From Octopus bimaculoides (lineage: Eukaryota), in contig NC_068982.1 of assembly GCF_001194135.2 (NCBI RefSeq), positions 68,090,670 to 68,131,471 of the forward strand: DNA of 40,802 nt, given 5' to 3'. Each line of letters starts with the position of its first letter. Position 1 is the stretch's first letter. The notes under the pieces were generated by a model that did no database searches, had not been told where the DNA came from, and saw only the letters and a list, made by a program, of their open reading frames with translations. A program made the translations under genes and the position numbers. Shown here piece by piece: positions 10,321-23,437 of this stretch.

Positions 10321-10904
10321 TTAGCTGCTTTGGAATTGTAGTTGTGATTATTATGCTGGATTATCGCCAAAAACTGGCCATAGTATTTTTAACACTCCTA
10401 AATTGGGGTACAGAATAACTAGGTGAGATGTGTGTGGGCGCACGTCACAGCTACAATGTGATTAAAATAAGTATCAGCACATTTTCATGTTAGTGATAAT
10501 GATATTTGTTAAAATGTTAGATCAACATAGCTCATATTTCGTACCTAAACGTTACTAAGATAGAAAAGAAATATTAGTGATATATTGGCTTAATTCGTTC
10601 AATGTAATCGCTATCCTACAGAACTGACTTTTTCTCTCCAAAAGATATAAATATGTCATATCTACAGTTTTATAGTAATAATTAATAATTCAGAATTTTC
10701 GAAGTCCCACCGTAATAGGGGAAAAATAATTAAAAGGTGGTTCATAATTAAGCAGAAATACCTCTAGGTATTAGGGAAATAGTCGACTAATGAACTCAGT
10801 ATACCGCAGTATTCTTATTAGCCACTGCGTATAATCTAAACTATGAATGACATTTTTAAGCTTGTATTATTTTTTTTTTAAGTGAAAGTAAAATAATAAA
10901 ACAT

Positions 10905-11156
10905 GCAGGAGTGGTTGTGTGGTATGAAGCTTGCTTCCCAATCATATGGTTCTGGATTCAGTTCCACTGTGTGGCACCTTGGACAAGTGTCTTCTATAGC
11001 CTCGGATTGACCAAAGCCTTGTGAGTGGATTTGGTAGACGGAAACTGAAAGAAGCCTGTCGTGTATATATATATATCCTTTCCCGAGCGTCCAATAACAC
11101 TATCCGTATCACGTCCTCACTTTGTTGTTTTTTTGTTATTGTTTTTTGTGTTTTTT

Positions 11157-11197
<41 letters not shown>

Positions 11198-11405
11198 ATG
11201 GATGGATTTGTATGTACTTGTCCCCCCACCATCGCTTGACAAGCGATGTTGTGTTTACGTTCCCGTAACTTAGCGGTGCGCCAAAAAGACACCGTTAGGA
11301 TAAGTACTAGGCTTACAAAGAATAAATCCTGGGGTCGATTAGTTCGACAAAAGGCGGTGCTCCAGCATGGCCGCAGTCAAATGACTGCAACAAATGCAAC
11401 GGCAT
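10905..11405 (+). mobile_element. Near full-length family A SINE (tRNA head, CORE-like motif, internal (AT)n)
   Basis: gtggtatgaagcttgcttcccaa...ggattcagttccactgtgtggcaccttggacaagtgtctt...gtgagtggatttggtagacggaaactgaaagaagcc...ccagcatggccgcagtcaaatgactg; many homologous copies in the window. Confidence 0.85.
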
Positions 11406-11726
11406 GTTATTATATAATAATGTATTACGTTGGCGGACGTTTTCACCAACCACTTATCAAGGGAGGTAACTTACATTATTCGAATCGGGAGCTGTTGAGA
11501 GTAATTTTTTTCCTTCTTTTGGATTGTCACATACACATGCATATTTTTATTTTTAATTAGCAGAAAGTTATGAAAGTGACTCAGAGGGCGAGCGTTTTGT
11601 CTATGAAACTTATAATGTACGAAGCTCTCGGCCCTTGAGTTACTTTTATAACTCGCAAACCAATGTTTTGTGAGTGAATTTGGTACACGGAAATTGTGTG
11701 AAAACTTGTGTGTGTATATATATATA

Positions 11727-12100
11727 TATTACTCTTTACTCGTTTCAGTTATTTTGACTGTGGCCATGCTGGAGCACCGCCTTGTAGTCGAGCAAATCGT
11801 TCCCAGGACTTATTCTTTGTAAGCCTAGTACTTATTCTATCGGTCCTTTTTTGCCGAACTGCTAAGTTACGGGGACGTAAGCACACCACCATCGGTTGTC
11901 AAGCAATGTTGGGGGGGACAAATACAGAAACACAAACATACATATATATTCATATATAAGACGGGTTTCTTTCAGTTTCCGTCTACTAAATCCACTCACA
12001 AGGCTTTGGTCGGCCCAGGGCTATAGTAGAAGACACTTAAGTGCCACGCAGTTGGAATGAACCCAGAACCATGTGGTTCGTAAACAGCCACTCCTACGCC
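11727..12100 (-). mobile_element. Near full-length family A SINE, inverted relative to 10905-11405
   Basis: Reverse complement of the same consensus. Confidence 0.85.

Positions 12101-12168
<68 letters not shown>
12101..12168. repeat. (AT)n microsatellite
   Basis: Directly visible. Confidence 0.97.
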
Positions 12169-12169
<1 letters not shown>

Positions 12170-12415
12170 GTACACAAACACACACTTATGTGAGAGTGTG
12201 TGTGTGTAAGTGTCTTTTCTGTTTGTCTCCCATATCCCAACCACTTGACAATGTTGGTTTGTTTACATCCCCATAACCATGCGGTGCAGCTAAAGAGAAA
12301 GAGATCAAATAAGTACCATTTTAAAAATCAGTATTGGAGTCCATTTGATCAACTAAACTCTTCAAGACGGTGCCCCAGTATAGCCACAGTCCAATGACTG
12401 AAAAAAGAGTAAAAG
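12170..12415 (+). mobile_element. Family A SINE, 3' half
   Basis: ccacttgacaatgttggtttgtttacatcccc...aaataagtacc...ggtgccccagtatagccacagtccaatgactgaaa. Confidence 0.8.
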
Positions 12416-13029
12416 AGTTTATTTAATAAATCTCTACTTATGTATCAATAATTTAATTTATAAATTCCTAATAACTAAATCAATGTTCATCAAGTTAGGT
12501 GTGTATGCAATGACATTTGTGAAAGATTCTAAGTGAATTCATATTTACCTTTTAGTGAGAGAAAGCAAACACAAACCTAACAAACAAAGTAATTGCTGGT
12601 AACTCTCAAAGAACAGGGAAGATAGATTCAAGAAATTAAGAATGTCAAAGAAAATAGAATTTCCATGCTGGGTGGGGATGGTAGGGAAATTTCATTTTTG
12701 CTAGCAGATTAAGAAAAATTTGTGCACATGCATGCATGTATATATGGACTGAACCCAAAACCATCTGATTGTGTAGCAATATTGAAATGACATCTCATTA
12801 CAGCTGTGGATGTATCTTGGTACTATTGGACCTCTTCAATGAAGCATAGTATTCTCAGGCCTGTTTTACTCAGTTAACACTGATTTACATGATTTCTTAA
12901 AGGGTCACAACTAATTTTAGCCGGTATAATTTGCATAATTACAAAAGAGTGAAGTGATCTAAAGGAGTGAAGTTGAAGTGAACGTAGCAAGAACTTAGAC
13001 AATTTTAGATGGATGGTGATGTACAGAAT

Positions 13030-13175
13030 GATATCATCATCGTCATTTAATGTTTGTTTTCCGTGCTAGCATGGATTGGACAGTTTGACAGGATCCAGCA
13101 AGTTGCAGGGTTGTGTTCAACTCCAATGTTTTGGCATGGTTTCTAAAGCTGGTTGTCCTTCCCAATGCAAAATAT
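13030..13175 (-). mobile_element. RTE-tail-related short element (family C), degenerate
   Basis: catcatcgtcatttaatg...gcatggattggacagtttgac...ttttggcatggtttcta...gtccttcccaatgc is shared with the RTE 3'UTR at 8620-8876. Confidence 0.7.
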
Positions 13176-13754
13176 TTTCAAGGCACTGAAGTTTTCCCTT
13201 TAGTTGATGAAATTATTAGAGACTCAAAGAAATAGGAAGATAATTTCAATAAATTAAGAATCTTAACTTGAAATATAAATTAAAATTCATAGTCATCTAT
13301 ATGAATGTATATATATATATATATAACCATGTATATATATTTTTGCTTCTTGATCATCTGTCTCAGTATGTGCATCTTTGGACAGGAATATGGTTAAAGA
13401 AACCAAAGTGCAATGCACCCATTTGCCAGTGGAATACAAGATTTCATTCATCATCATCAAACATATTTCACATTAGTAATTTGTATAAGGGACAGACAAA
13501 TACACAGAATGCTGACATTTTAAATTTAAGTATTTGAGAAAATTTACTAATTCCTTAATATAACACACAAACACAGAAAGATACAAAAGTGACTCAAATA
13601 CCAAGAGTTTTGTGCAAGGTTCTTATCATACCCTGCATGAAACTCTTGGCCCTAGAATGACTTTTGTAGTTTTCTGCCAATTAGAAATAATAAAAACCAT
13701 TTATACTCATGTATTGAATTCTATTTCTTTTTTTTTTTGTTCTACCTAACCTCT

Positions 13755-13789
<35 letters not shown>

Positions 13790-15959
13790 TAAAGTGAATA
13801 TTTACATTAAATACTTTTGATAAGTTTGACTTTTCTTATTCTGAAAAGCCAACAGGAGACGACCTCTTTCTTATCACTTGGTGACAATAACATGTAAAGC
13901 CAAATCTTTTCATTTATTTTCAATGACATACACATATTTTCTGTACCTATGTTTGTACATAGCAAATTTATGTCATTCTATTCTTGTCATGGTATTTATA
14001 TATTTCCATTAATAATCTTGATTTCTCAAGATTTTCTTTCCATACATTTTTAGAAGTTCTTAAAGTGCTTCAGATAGCTGATTGTGAAAGTTGAAACGTT
14101 AAATATCATCCATATTAGTTTCAGGTGAAAAAAATAGCGAAAACTTAAAATTGGTTGCATAGTAGTGTGTGTGTTAAAAGAAAAATGGCTTTTCTAGCCC
14201 CAAATGCATTTTAAATTGTTACATCCTTCCCTGCTTGTATTTCTTTACAACTTCTAGAAACGTTGGATCCCGATTTCACTTCTTCAGACTAACCAAAAAA
14301 ACAGGATTTCTGTTTTTGTCTAACCAGAAAATCTTGTTCAACTTTATACTGGAAGAAACTATTGGAATATTAAAGGCAAATTTGAGATTGAAATTTCATG
14401 GATATGAAAACACTGCCTTCAACGACTACTACCAAATGGTTCCCTGGAATAAGTTTAGATAGAAAAAATATTAAAAAAACATCCAAAGCAAAATATACCA
14501 AGAGAAGAAATAGATAACATTATCATACCCTAGTCTATCTAATAAATGTAAAATATAAAACTAACAATTAGGACTAAAAATGGTGATCTGTGCAAATAAA
14601 CAAACTTTCTTAAGGCTGATGAACAAAATAACAACGGTACAAGGCTTAGCAGTTTTGAGAGGGGGCAAATTGATTATATCAACCTCAAAGAAAAAAAGAA
14701 AGAATGAAACAAACTGCCAAAATACTTTACAGAAATTAGAATTATTCTCAAAATAGAGCTCAAAAAGCACCTTAGAGATTTACAAAATCATGAATTCAGT
14801 TTTCATCTATTTCAATTAACCTTTGTGTAAAAACCATGCTACATAACCTACACAGTTATCCCTTATTCCTGATAGATAACTAATTTATATCATTTATCTA
14901 AAATTTGTTTGTCATCTATTTACCAACCTGAAGAAATGCAGAAACTATGATTAAGAAGAATTATTTAGATGAAATTAACTAATATTTAACCAAAAGCCAC
15001 AAACTGTTAGTTTATAATGGAAAAAAGCCAAAAATCAAGTATAGACATTCAGATTTGAATATTTGAGCAGGTTCTAGGACAAAATAAATATTATCCAATT
15101 CACACATTTAAAGATTAGAATTAAAAGCCCACTATTAAGAACCATAAACCATAAGTTGCTTGAAGTAGAAAACTCTTCTTGTTTTTATAAAGAATTTGTA
15201 CAACTAAAATTTTCCACTTTACTGATGTCCTTCACACAAAATTCTTTACATAATAATATTGAGAATACTGTGGAAATTCTGAAAGATAGATGCTATGTTT
15301 TGATGTTCCTCAGCTGACGTTTCTAAAGCAACATACAGAACTTATTTATATTAGTGAGCAACAGCACAGTATCATTATCAAGTTTATGTGATATTTTTAG
15401 AACTCACAGTCAACAATCTACAATCTGTTCTGCTCTGATAGCTCCAGGAATTGCAAGGAATAATTATAGTGATTTGTATCCTTAACTTGGCATCAGATGT
15501 ATTGAAAGCTGAGAAGTCTTACCTGTTGAGTAGGCTAACCAAATTTCTACTCATCACACCACAAATAAACATTGCTATTTATTTTCTATGTGACTGGCAC
15601 AAGAATTTCAACTGAAAATAATACTGTTTACAATTAGACACCTTACGCAATGAACCTTCTTACTGTGCAGTTAGTTGAAACTAGAACTGCTGGAAATTAT
15701 TCAGAAAACTTTCATTCATAGTAGCATTATAAATAACAACTTAGATATTTAGCAGTATTTTTAACAGTCACCGGCAAAAGCATAAAGCTGAAGGAAAGAA
15801 CTATTAGTTCTTTTATTTCATTTATTTCTACTTATCTGTTTCAAAATGGAAAAGATTTGAAGGGCTTGAATTCCAGAATCCATATTCCAAATATTTAACA
15901 ATATGTATCATTGGAAATAAAAGTATTCTTAAATACCAGTCCCATCAAATATTTTCCTG

Positions 15960-16295
15960 CTTGCTTGGCAAACATGTAGTTTTGGGTTTAGTCCCATTAT
16001 GTGCCACCTTCAGCAAACATCTTCTACCATAGCCTGGGGCCTTGTAAGTAAATTTGGTTGACAAACACAGTGGAAATTGGTCGTGTGTGTGTGCGCACAC
16101 ATCTTCATATTTGTCCCCAACTACTGCTTGACAACCAATGTTGGCTTCTTTATGTTAAATAACTTAGCAGTTTGACAACCAATAAAATAAGTGGTGTTAA
16201 AAAAAAAATAAATGCTGGGGTCGAGTATTCAGCTAAACCCTTCAGGCAGTGCCTTAGCATGGCCACAATTGAATGACTGGAACAAGAAAAGATTA
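15960..16295 (+). mobile_element. Degenerate family A SINE
   Basis: Same consensus with many substitutions, including CpG decay. Confidence 0.75.
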
Positions 16296-17789
16296 AAGAA
16301 TAGTCTTTCTCAGAAATATTTCATTTGCAAGATTCAATAGCAAATTATTAAAAAGGATTTTTTGTTTAAGAACAAGCAGTGTAGAAAGATAAGCTCAGAA
16401 TAAACATTCTTTGGCATTATAAAAAAAAGCTTAAACCTAGTTAAATGCAAGTGTTACAGATCTCCCCCCCCCTCATTTCTAAATTATTTGCTTGTTCAAA
16501 ATACTTGCAACAACTTGTAAATGTTAACTTTGAATTAAAATCTTAAAATTATCTGAAATATTAGTACAGAACATTGAAGCTGATGTGATGAAAATGAACA
16601 ATGAACATACATGTTAGCTTTGAAGCTCACATGTACAAAAATAAAACAAAAGTATTGAGGCCAAGGAAAACCAATTATTATTTCAAGTGTATATTCACCT
16701 TGATCATCTCCAAACTAATAGAAATAATAATTTCTACATTAGCAACATTGATTTTTCTCTCTTTCTCATTCTCTTCTTCAATGACTATCAATATAGCTTT
16801 TGTACAGTATAATCAACTCCTGTCCTTTCTTTCCTTGTCATTGCCAGATGGTTTCTTAGAAAACTTAGTGCCTCATGTACCAATATTAATGCATCATTCT
16901 AAAGACACCGTACCAGCCCACATACTCCATCCTATTATATATATATATATCCCCTTTTAGTCATTCCTATTTACACTGTAACAAGAAAATATCAGATAAA
17001 ACTACCTAATCTAAAATGTAATGCCTGACTTTCTGAACTGTTTTTTTTTTTTTTCTTTTTAATATAGCAGAAGTTTACTGGTAAATCAATATCAACTGAC
17101 CTAAATTCAGATATTTGATATTGAATGAAAAATTTATATTTAGAATACAACAGCTAATTTGTGTTGTGAAACAATTTGTTGTCATTAGTATTATTTTATT
17201 ACATAATGTCTTTTCCATTTTCATTCATCAATCACCATTTGCTACTGGTATTATGGTGTGATGTACATGTTCTCACCCAGTTTTGAAGTTACAAAGTGGC
17301 AGACAGCCATCTTTCCCACTGGAAAGTATGCTATGTTATTTTCAGAGGATTTGCATTTCACAAAACACTCATTAATCATAGTGTTTCCACTGATTACAGC
17401 AATAAACTAATTCCCAAATGTATCTTGTTATAATTGAGATTTATGTCTTTCTGCCAGGACATAGTACTATATGCTCTGATCATTGATTCAGACAGATAGA
17501 GATTCAATGTCAAAGTCCATCAATACTGAATTTAGCTTCTGCGACATTCTTTACTGGCTGTAAAGAGATGGCTAATCGCATTGCAGACTAGCTACATCAA
17601 TTCCGAGTTTAAATCTACTTATAATTAACTTTGGGTTTCATACCTCTAGAGGGGGAGATGTCAGTGAAAAAAGTTGTAATATACAGGATTAAATTCACTG
17701 ACTATATTCCCTCTACAAAATTATGCATAGTAAGCCGAATAAAACTTAATCTTTTCTACTACTATAGCTTTTTATCCTACATTTAAAAA

Positions 17790-18010
17790 AAAAAAAAAAA
17801 TTTCCCACGCAAGTACAAGGTCACAAATTTGTAAAGGGAGAGGAGTCGTAGTTGTTTGAATTCCCTCCATTACATGACTAGCATTTACTGCATCAACCTC
17901 AGGAAACAAAATGCAAAAGTTGATTCGGATGGAATTTTAAATTCAGAGCATAGAAGGACTAGACTAAATACTGAAAACATTTAATCTAATACACCACCAT
18001 TTATGCCATT
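17790..18010 (-). mobile_element. Degenerate family B SINE
   Basis: caaggtcacaaattt...ggagaggagtcg...catcaacctcagg...caaaagttga...ggaatttt...cagagc matches the reverse complement of family B. Confidence 0.6.
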
Positions 18011-18104
18011 CAACTCCCTTCATCCTATATAAAAATTTGTTTTTTTAAATTCCACCAGAAAAACAGTACAAATAGCAATTCATACAGATGTGGGAAAGAT
18101 TTTG

Positions 18105-18500
18105 ATTGTTTCAGTCATTGTTCCATGGCCATGCTGGGGCACTGCCTTGAAAGATTTAGTCAAATCAATCAGAGTACTTATTTTTAAGATTGGTACTTAT
18201 TCTTCAATTTTGTTTGCTGAACCACTAGAATACAGGGATGTAAACAAACCAATACTGGTTGTCGTGCAGTGATGAGACAAACACAACATACATACAGACA
18301 GACAAATAGATAGATATACAACAAGCTATTTTCAGGTTCAACATCATCATTTAATGTTCATTTTCCATGCTGGCATGGATTGTTCTCTATACCGAATCCA
18401 CTCACAAAGTCTTGGTCAGCCCAGAGATACAATAGTATACACCTGCCCATGGTGCTACATAGTGGGACTGAACTCAAGACCACATGTTTGGGAAGGAAGC
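18105..18500 (-). mobile_element. Degenerate family A SINE interrupted by a family C fragment
   Basis: gtttcagtcattg...ggccatgctggggcactgcctt...aatccactcacaaag...gggactgaactc. Confidence 0.7.
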
Positions 18501-19307
18501 TTTTTTTTTTTTAAATTAAGCATCATGCTCATTTTAATAGAGAATCAATATAGTTCATTGAATCAGGAGACAGAAAGATGAAGTCAGAGCTTGCAGGATT
18601 TGAACTCACAACAACAAGGCATTGAACCAGCTGCAGTATAACTGACAATCCTTTGATATCCAGTTTCTTAAAACTGGTGTTGCTGACAAATTATATATTT
18701 ACTGCCTATGTATCTCTTCTGCATGATACAGCCGCCATAATTAGTTGCTTTCTAAACAAACAATAATCATGTCAATTTAGAGCTTAGTTATCTGTGTTCA
18801 GCATTCTTCAGTTAATGGAATATTTTAAACCTTAAATTTACATCCTAATTTGTTATTCAGTGAGCCAAAGAAAGATTCTCAATGACATCAAGTTCATTTA
18901 AGCCCAAGGATTGCCAAAAAATTGACAAATTAACAGCTATTAAATGTTATAAGGGTTAAATGTGAAAAAACTTTAGATGTTTAGTATACATGTTTATCAG
19001 TAATGTTTTCCAACAATTTTTTTAAGCTTATCAGTCAATTTAAATGTAACAGTTTACAATATCAGCTACTTCCCCACCTCTACATTTTATCAGCCATGAA
19101 TATTGTAATGAAATAAAATCAATGTCTAACGACATAATTATTTATAATTTAAAAGTGATAGCAAATCACGTGCATGTGTGCCTAAAAAAGTGCAATTCCT
19201 ATCAGAGAATACTACATTTGACTGAGAATTATATTATTTAAAAATATATATCAATTTTCACAAATAGTACAGTTATATAATAGTTATATAAACACACTTA
19301 TGACATA

Positions 19308-19312
<5 letters not shown>

Positions 19313-19352
<40 letters not shown>
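19313..19352. repeat. (AT)n microsatellite
   Basis: Directly visible. Confidence 0.97.
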
Positions 19353-19357
<5 letters not shown>

Positions 19358-20049
19358 CATCGTTTAACATCTGCTTTTCATTCTCACATGGGTTGGATGG
19401 ATATATATATATAATATATAGTCTCACATATACATGATGGATATTTATTTTATCAGCTGAGATAAGAGAAATTATTCAAGCTTAAAAATTATAAAGAAAG
19501 AGCTAAGAATTTCTATATACTATGCAGAATTTTCTAGAAATTGTTCAATCATACTAAATTACTTGCATATAGCTTTTTACATACATTCTCAAAATTTGCT
19601 CAGTTTCATTGTCACCAACAGTTTTTCTGTATTCATTTTCATCTCATTATTACAATGGTTGCACATTTGTACTCTTTACAAGCAAGCTTCACTTGGATTG
19701 TGGAATCTCACTTCATACACTGAGCACTTCAGCATGCAGCTCTCTCACTTAGCCACCACTCACCGTTATTCACATTTACATCTTTGCTAAATTCAGTTAA
19801 GTACATAACTGCATTTAGTACAAGTGTACTGGACTACAAAATCTACATGAACTTACACACACACACACACTACCACCTACTTCTACTTCATTAACCTGAA
19901 ATATATACTGAAGATTAACATCAAGTGAAACATATATGGTGCTTCTGCACCATACTAAAGGGTAAAATCAGAATATGTATCCATATGCACATGTGTACCA
20001 ACATAACTTCTAATATGCTGGGATGTATATGCAGTTGCAGAATGTGTGT

Positions 20050-20215
20050 ACGTGTGAGGCTGAGTGGTTAAGAAATCTGTTTTCCAATTATCAGTCTGAT
20101 ATGGGTCTGATCCACTACATGGCATCTTAGGTAGTTGCTTTTAGTATAGCTTTGGTTAACCCATCTCTTCTGAGTGAAATCAAAAAGAATGTACAGATGT
20201 CCATCAGATGGATTG
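20050..20215 (+). mobile_element. Degenerate family A SINE head
   Basis: ggctgagtggttaagaaatctgttttccaa...ggcatcttaggtagttgctttt. Confidence 0.6.
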
Positions 20216-21634
20216 TACTCATGAATTCAAAGGTCCAGTCTCATCACACACTGCCCTACTGCTTCTACTTGAGGATTATATTAAGATGCATGTATCTGTG
20301 GAATATTCAACCACTTAGATACCAATTCAATGAGCAGGTAATTCAGTTGATTGACACCCAGCATCAAAATTATTTGTTTACCTATATGTATATATGAATG
20401 TATGTGTGTGTATGCATGTATACATTTTTATGCCATTAATCACTAGATTGTACTATTAAAAATGAATGGACTTTAGACTCCCCTACCCACCTCTAAAACC
20501 TAAATGATAACATGGAAAAATAGAACCTGCACTCATAATATGACACATGGAAGAATGTTATCTAAATACATATAAATAGGCCTATGTATATAACATATTA
20601 CTAAAATTTTGTACACAAATATGGGGATATGCTTGTGCTTGTAGGTGTATATTCATGTATATATGTTTGACAATTTGCATATAAATTTGAAAGTAAGTGT
20701 TCTGCATATGCATGTGTTGTTACTGAGCAGCTACATGTGTGCTTTATACATACATTTCTATTATTAAACAGTCATTTGTGTAAAGTTAACCCCCCTACAC
20801 ACTTGTGTACTTTACATGTTTTGTTGTCTCGTAGTTCTCCATCTTTTCTTCTCTGACCCACCCCAGCATCTGCTAACAAGTCTCCTTAACACCACTTTCA
20901 CAATCTTGTTACTCTCTCCACTGCAATGTTTCTATAGGCACGTTTTATGAGTATTTTATATTTTTTATCATGTATATTCTTATATTTTTTTACTTGTTTC
21001 AATCATTAGACTGCAGCCATGCAGCCACCTTGAATAGATAAGATTTTTATGCATTTTTTTAATGTGTACTTCTACATGTTTCTTTATGGACACATATCTG
21101 TGTACAGTTTGACATAACATCTATGCTTTTATATACACTAACATATTCGCATATATATCTATGCGTGTCTGTGTATGTGTTTGCATGTAAATGTGCATAC
21201 AAACATACAAAATGAATGAGTATGTAAGTTTTTATATATACATGTACATGATATGTGCCTGCATGTAAAGATATATATATATATAAATATATATAGCAAT
21301 ATGAAAATGGAGGGGAATATGAGGTACTCATCAACTTGCAGACACTGTACTCTGTTAATTAATCTGTTTATTTTATAACCAAAACGACAATAAAGACAAT
21401 ATACAGACACTTATGACATACTATTTCTTATCAAGATTACAAATTTAAAGGACATCTAGCAATCGGAGAAGGGACAAAATCTTACAGCTGTTTCAGCTTA
21501 GCGTTGGCATGCCCCATTCTATCTATATAGCTCCAGTACGCTTGAAGGCAAATGTCAGGTTATTTATCATGATGTATATGTATACATCTTGATTGTATCT
21601 ATACCTCAGTGTTTGTATATAAGATACAGATAAG

Positions 21635-21775
21635 AATGTGTGATTAGGAAGTTCACTTTGGAACTAAAGTTTCAAGTTCTGTCCCACTGAGCACTATTTT
21701 CAATAAGTGTCTTCTACTCTAACTCCAGGCCAACCATTACCCTTGTGGGTGAATTTAGTAATCAGAGTGTATTTA
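21635..21775 (+). mobile_element. Degenerate family A SINE head
   Basis: gtgtgattaggaagttcacttt...aagttctgtcccactgagcac...aagtgtcttctact...ccttgtgggtgaattt. Confidence 0.65.
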
Positions 21776-21929
21776 CATTCTGCACGTCTCATGAAAAAAA
21801 TACAGATGATGTTTGTTATTTGCTCGTCAACAAATTGTCCTGGACACCAGTTTCTGTCTCTTTGTCACACTCTAACTGTTCATCATCTGGCTCAAGATCA
21901 ACTCCTCCAATACCTCCTCCCCTCTCAAA

Positions 21930-22243
21930 CATTCCTTGTCTTGCAAAGTTACTTGGTGGCCCTGCCAGTGCTGGTCCCACTTAAAAAGCATCCAGTCTAC
22001 ATTGTAAAGTGGTTGGTATTTGGGAGGACATCCAACTGTAAAAACCATGCCAAAATGACCTCGCCTGAGCTAGTGCCACGTAAAAAACACTCGGTCCACT
22101 CTGCGGTGTGGTTGGTGTTAGGAATGGCATCCAGCCGTAAAAACCGTGCCAAAACAGACACAGAAGTACGGTGCAGGCTTCTGTCAAACCATCCAACCCA
22201 TGGAAGTAGGACGTTAAACGACAATGATGATGATGATGATCAT
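21930..22243 (+). mobile_element. RTE 3'UTR-type element (family C) with duplicated core and (GAT)n tail
   Basis: Two copies of gtggttggt.tt.gga.g.catcca.c.gtaaaaacc.tgccaaaa; ends ggacgttaaacgacaatgatgatgatgat. Explains ORF 21707-22519. Confidence 0.8.
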
Positions 22244-22284
22244 ACATACAGCTTTCCCTTTCACTCATTTCTAAAACCAAATAT

Positions 22285-22510
22285 ATACAAGGCAGAATCA
22301 TTAGAGCGACAGAGAAAATACTTTACAGTATTTCTTCCGGTGCTTTGCGTTTTGAGTACACAAGTCCCACCGAAGTCAACTTTTTTGTTTTTGTTTTTTG
22401 TTGTTTTTTTTTTGTCATGCTCTCAAGAAAGATACAATAAAGTACGGTCAAATACAGAGTTAACGACTAATCCCTCCCTCAAATTCGCTGGTCTTGCGCC
22501 TAAATATGTT
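22285..22510 (+). mobile_element. Family B SINE
   Basis: ggcagaatcattagagcgacagagaaaatacttt...ccgaagtcaactt...aataaaagtacggtcaa...ccctcaaattcgctggtcttgcgcctaaat. Confidence 0.75.
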
Positions 22511-22644
22511 TGTGTGTGAGAGAGAGAGAGAGAGAGATTTTATATTACACAGACACACTTTTAATCGCTTTAGACTGTAGGTTACGGTTAGCCCTACTAT
22601 TTAATATAAGTCTGGTTTTTATTTATCTCATCGTTAAGTTACGA

Positions 22645-22659
22645 CACACGCGCACACAA

Positions 22660-22733
<74 letters not shown>

Positions 22734-22735
22734 AT
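22645..22735. repeat. (CA)n(AT)n(GTAT)n compound microsatellite
   Basis: Directly visible. Confidence 0.95.
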
Positions 22736-23401
22736 CCCCAGTGATTTAAAGATATACATATTTCTTTGTGCTTATAGTGCACTGCTACACACAATATACA
22801 TTTTGAGAAGAATGTATTATCACTACTATTTCGGTAAGTAAACTATGAATGAAGTGTCTCTCGTCTGGCATCATATTTGAGACCAGTTAGTTACAAGAGA
22901 ATCAGTAGAATAAAAATAGTCGGTCACATCCCTCGTAATTAATTGTATAATTGAATCAAAAACTAAAAGTCTACAATGGCGATTGCAGCAGCAACAACAG
23001 TAACCGAAAGCGTCTGCTGACGGACACAGCAGAAATCAATTTAGTTGAGTAGGACCTCACATTATGTATTTCAGTGTATATTATCTTCAATGTCAAGGCT
23101 AAAATTTCTCACGTTCACCAACACGTGACGCCCCTGACAGTGATCTCCCTTGCTTTTGTTTACTGCTATTTTGGGCTACCAACTTCGTGCACACACACAC
23201 ACAACTCTGACAACATCCTCTACAACACCACCGAATATGTCATGAGCACCGAGAGTGTGCTTTACCCTTTTCACTTTATCTAACTATTGCCAATCGATTT
23301 CTTTTTGTCTTCTATCTCCTTATCCTGTATAAAATTATTTCCAAATTTGCTAATCTATTATATTTTCAAAACAAAGCTCATGTAGCTGTTACTCTGCATA
23401 C

Positions 23402-23437
23402 TTTTGCTTTTGTCTGAATGTTCAATCCCGTATTTAT
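23402..23437 (-). CDS. Candidate 36-nt frame-preserving exon
   Basis: Acceptor tcttttttctttctctcag| and donor AAA|gtatgc. Two frames are open (INTGLNIQTKAK or DKYGIEHSDKSK). Confidence 0.25.

Noticed and set aside
14539-14565. Near-identical AT-rich motif also at 33102-33125
   Set aside because: Low complexity; chance similarity is plausible.
21707-22519. 270-aa ORF, the longest in the track
   Set aside because: Runs through a family A head, an RTE-tail element, a (GAT)n tail and a family B SINE.
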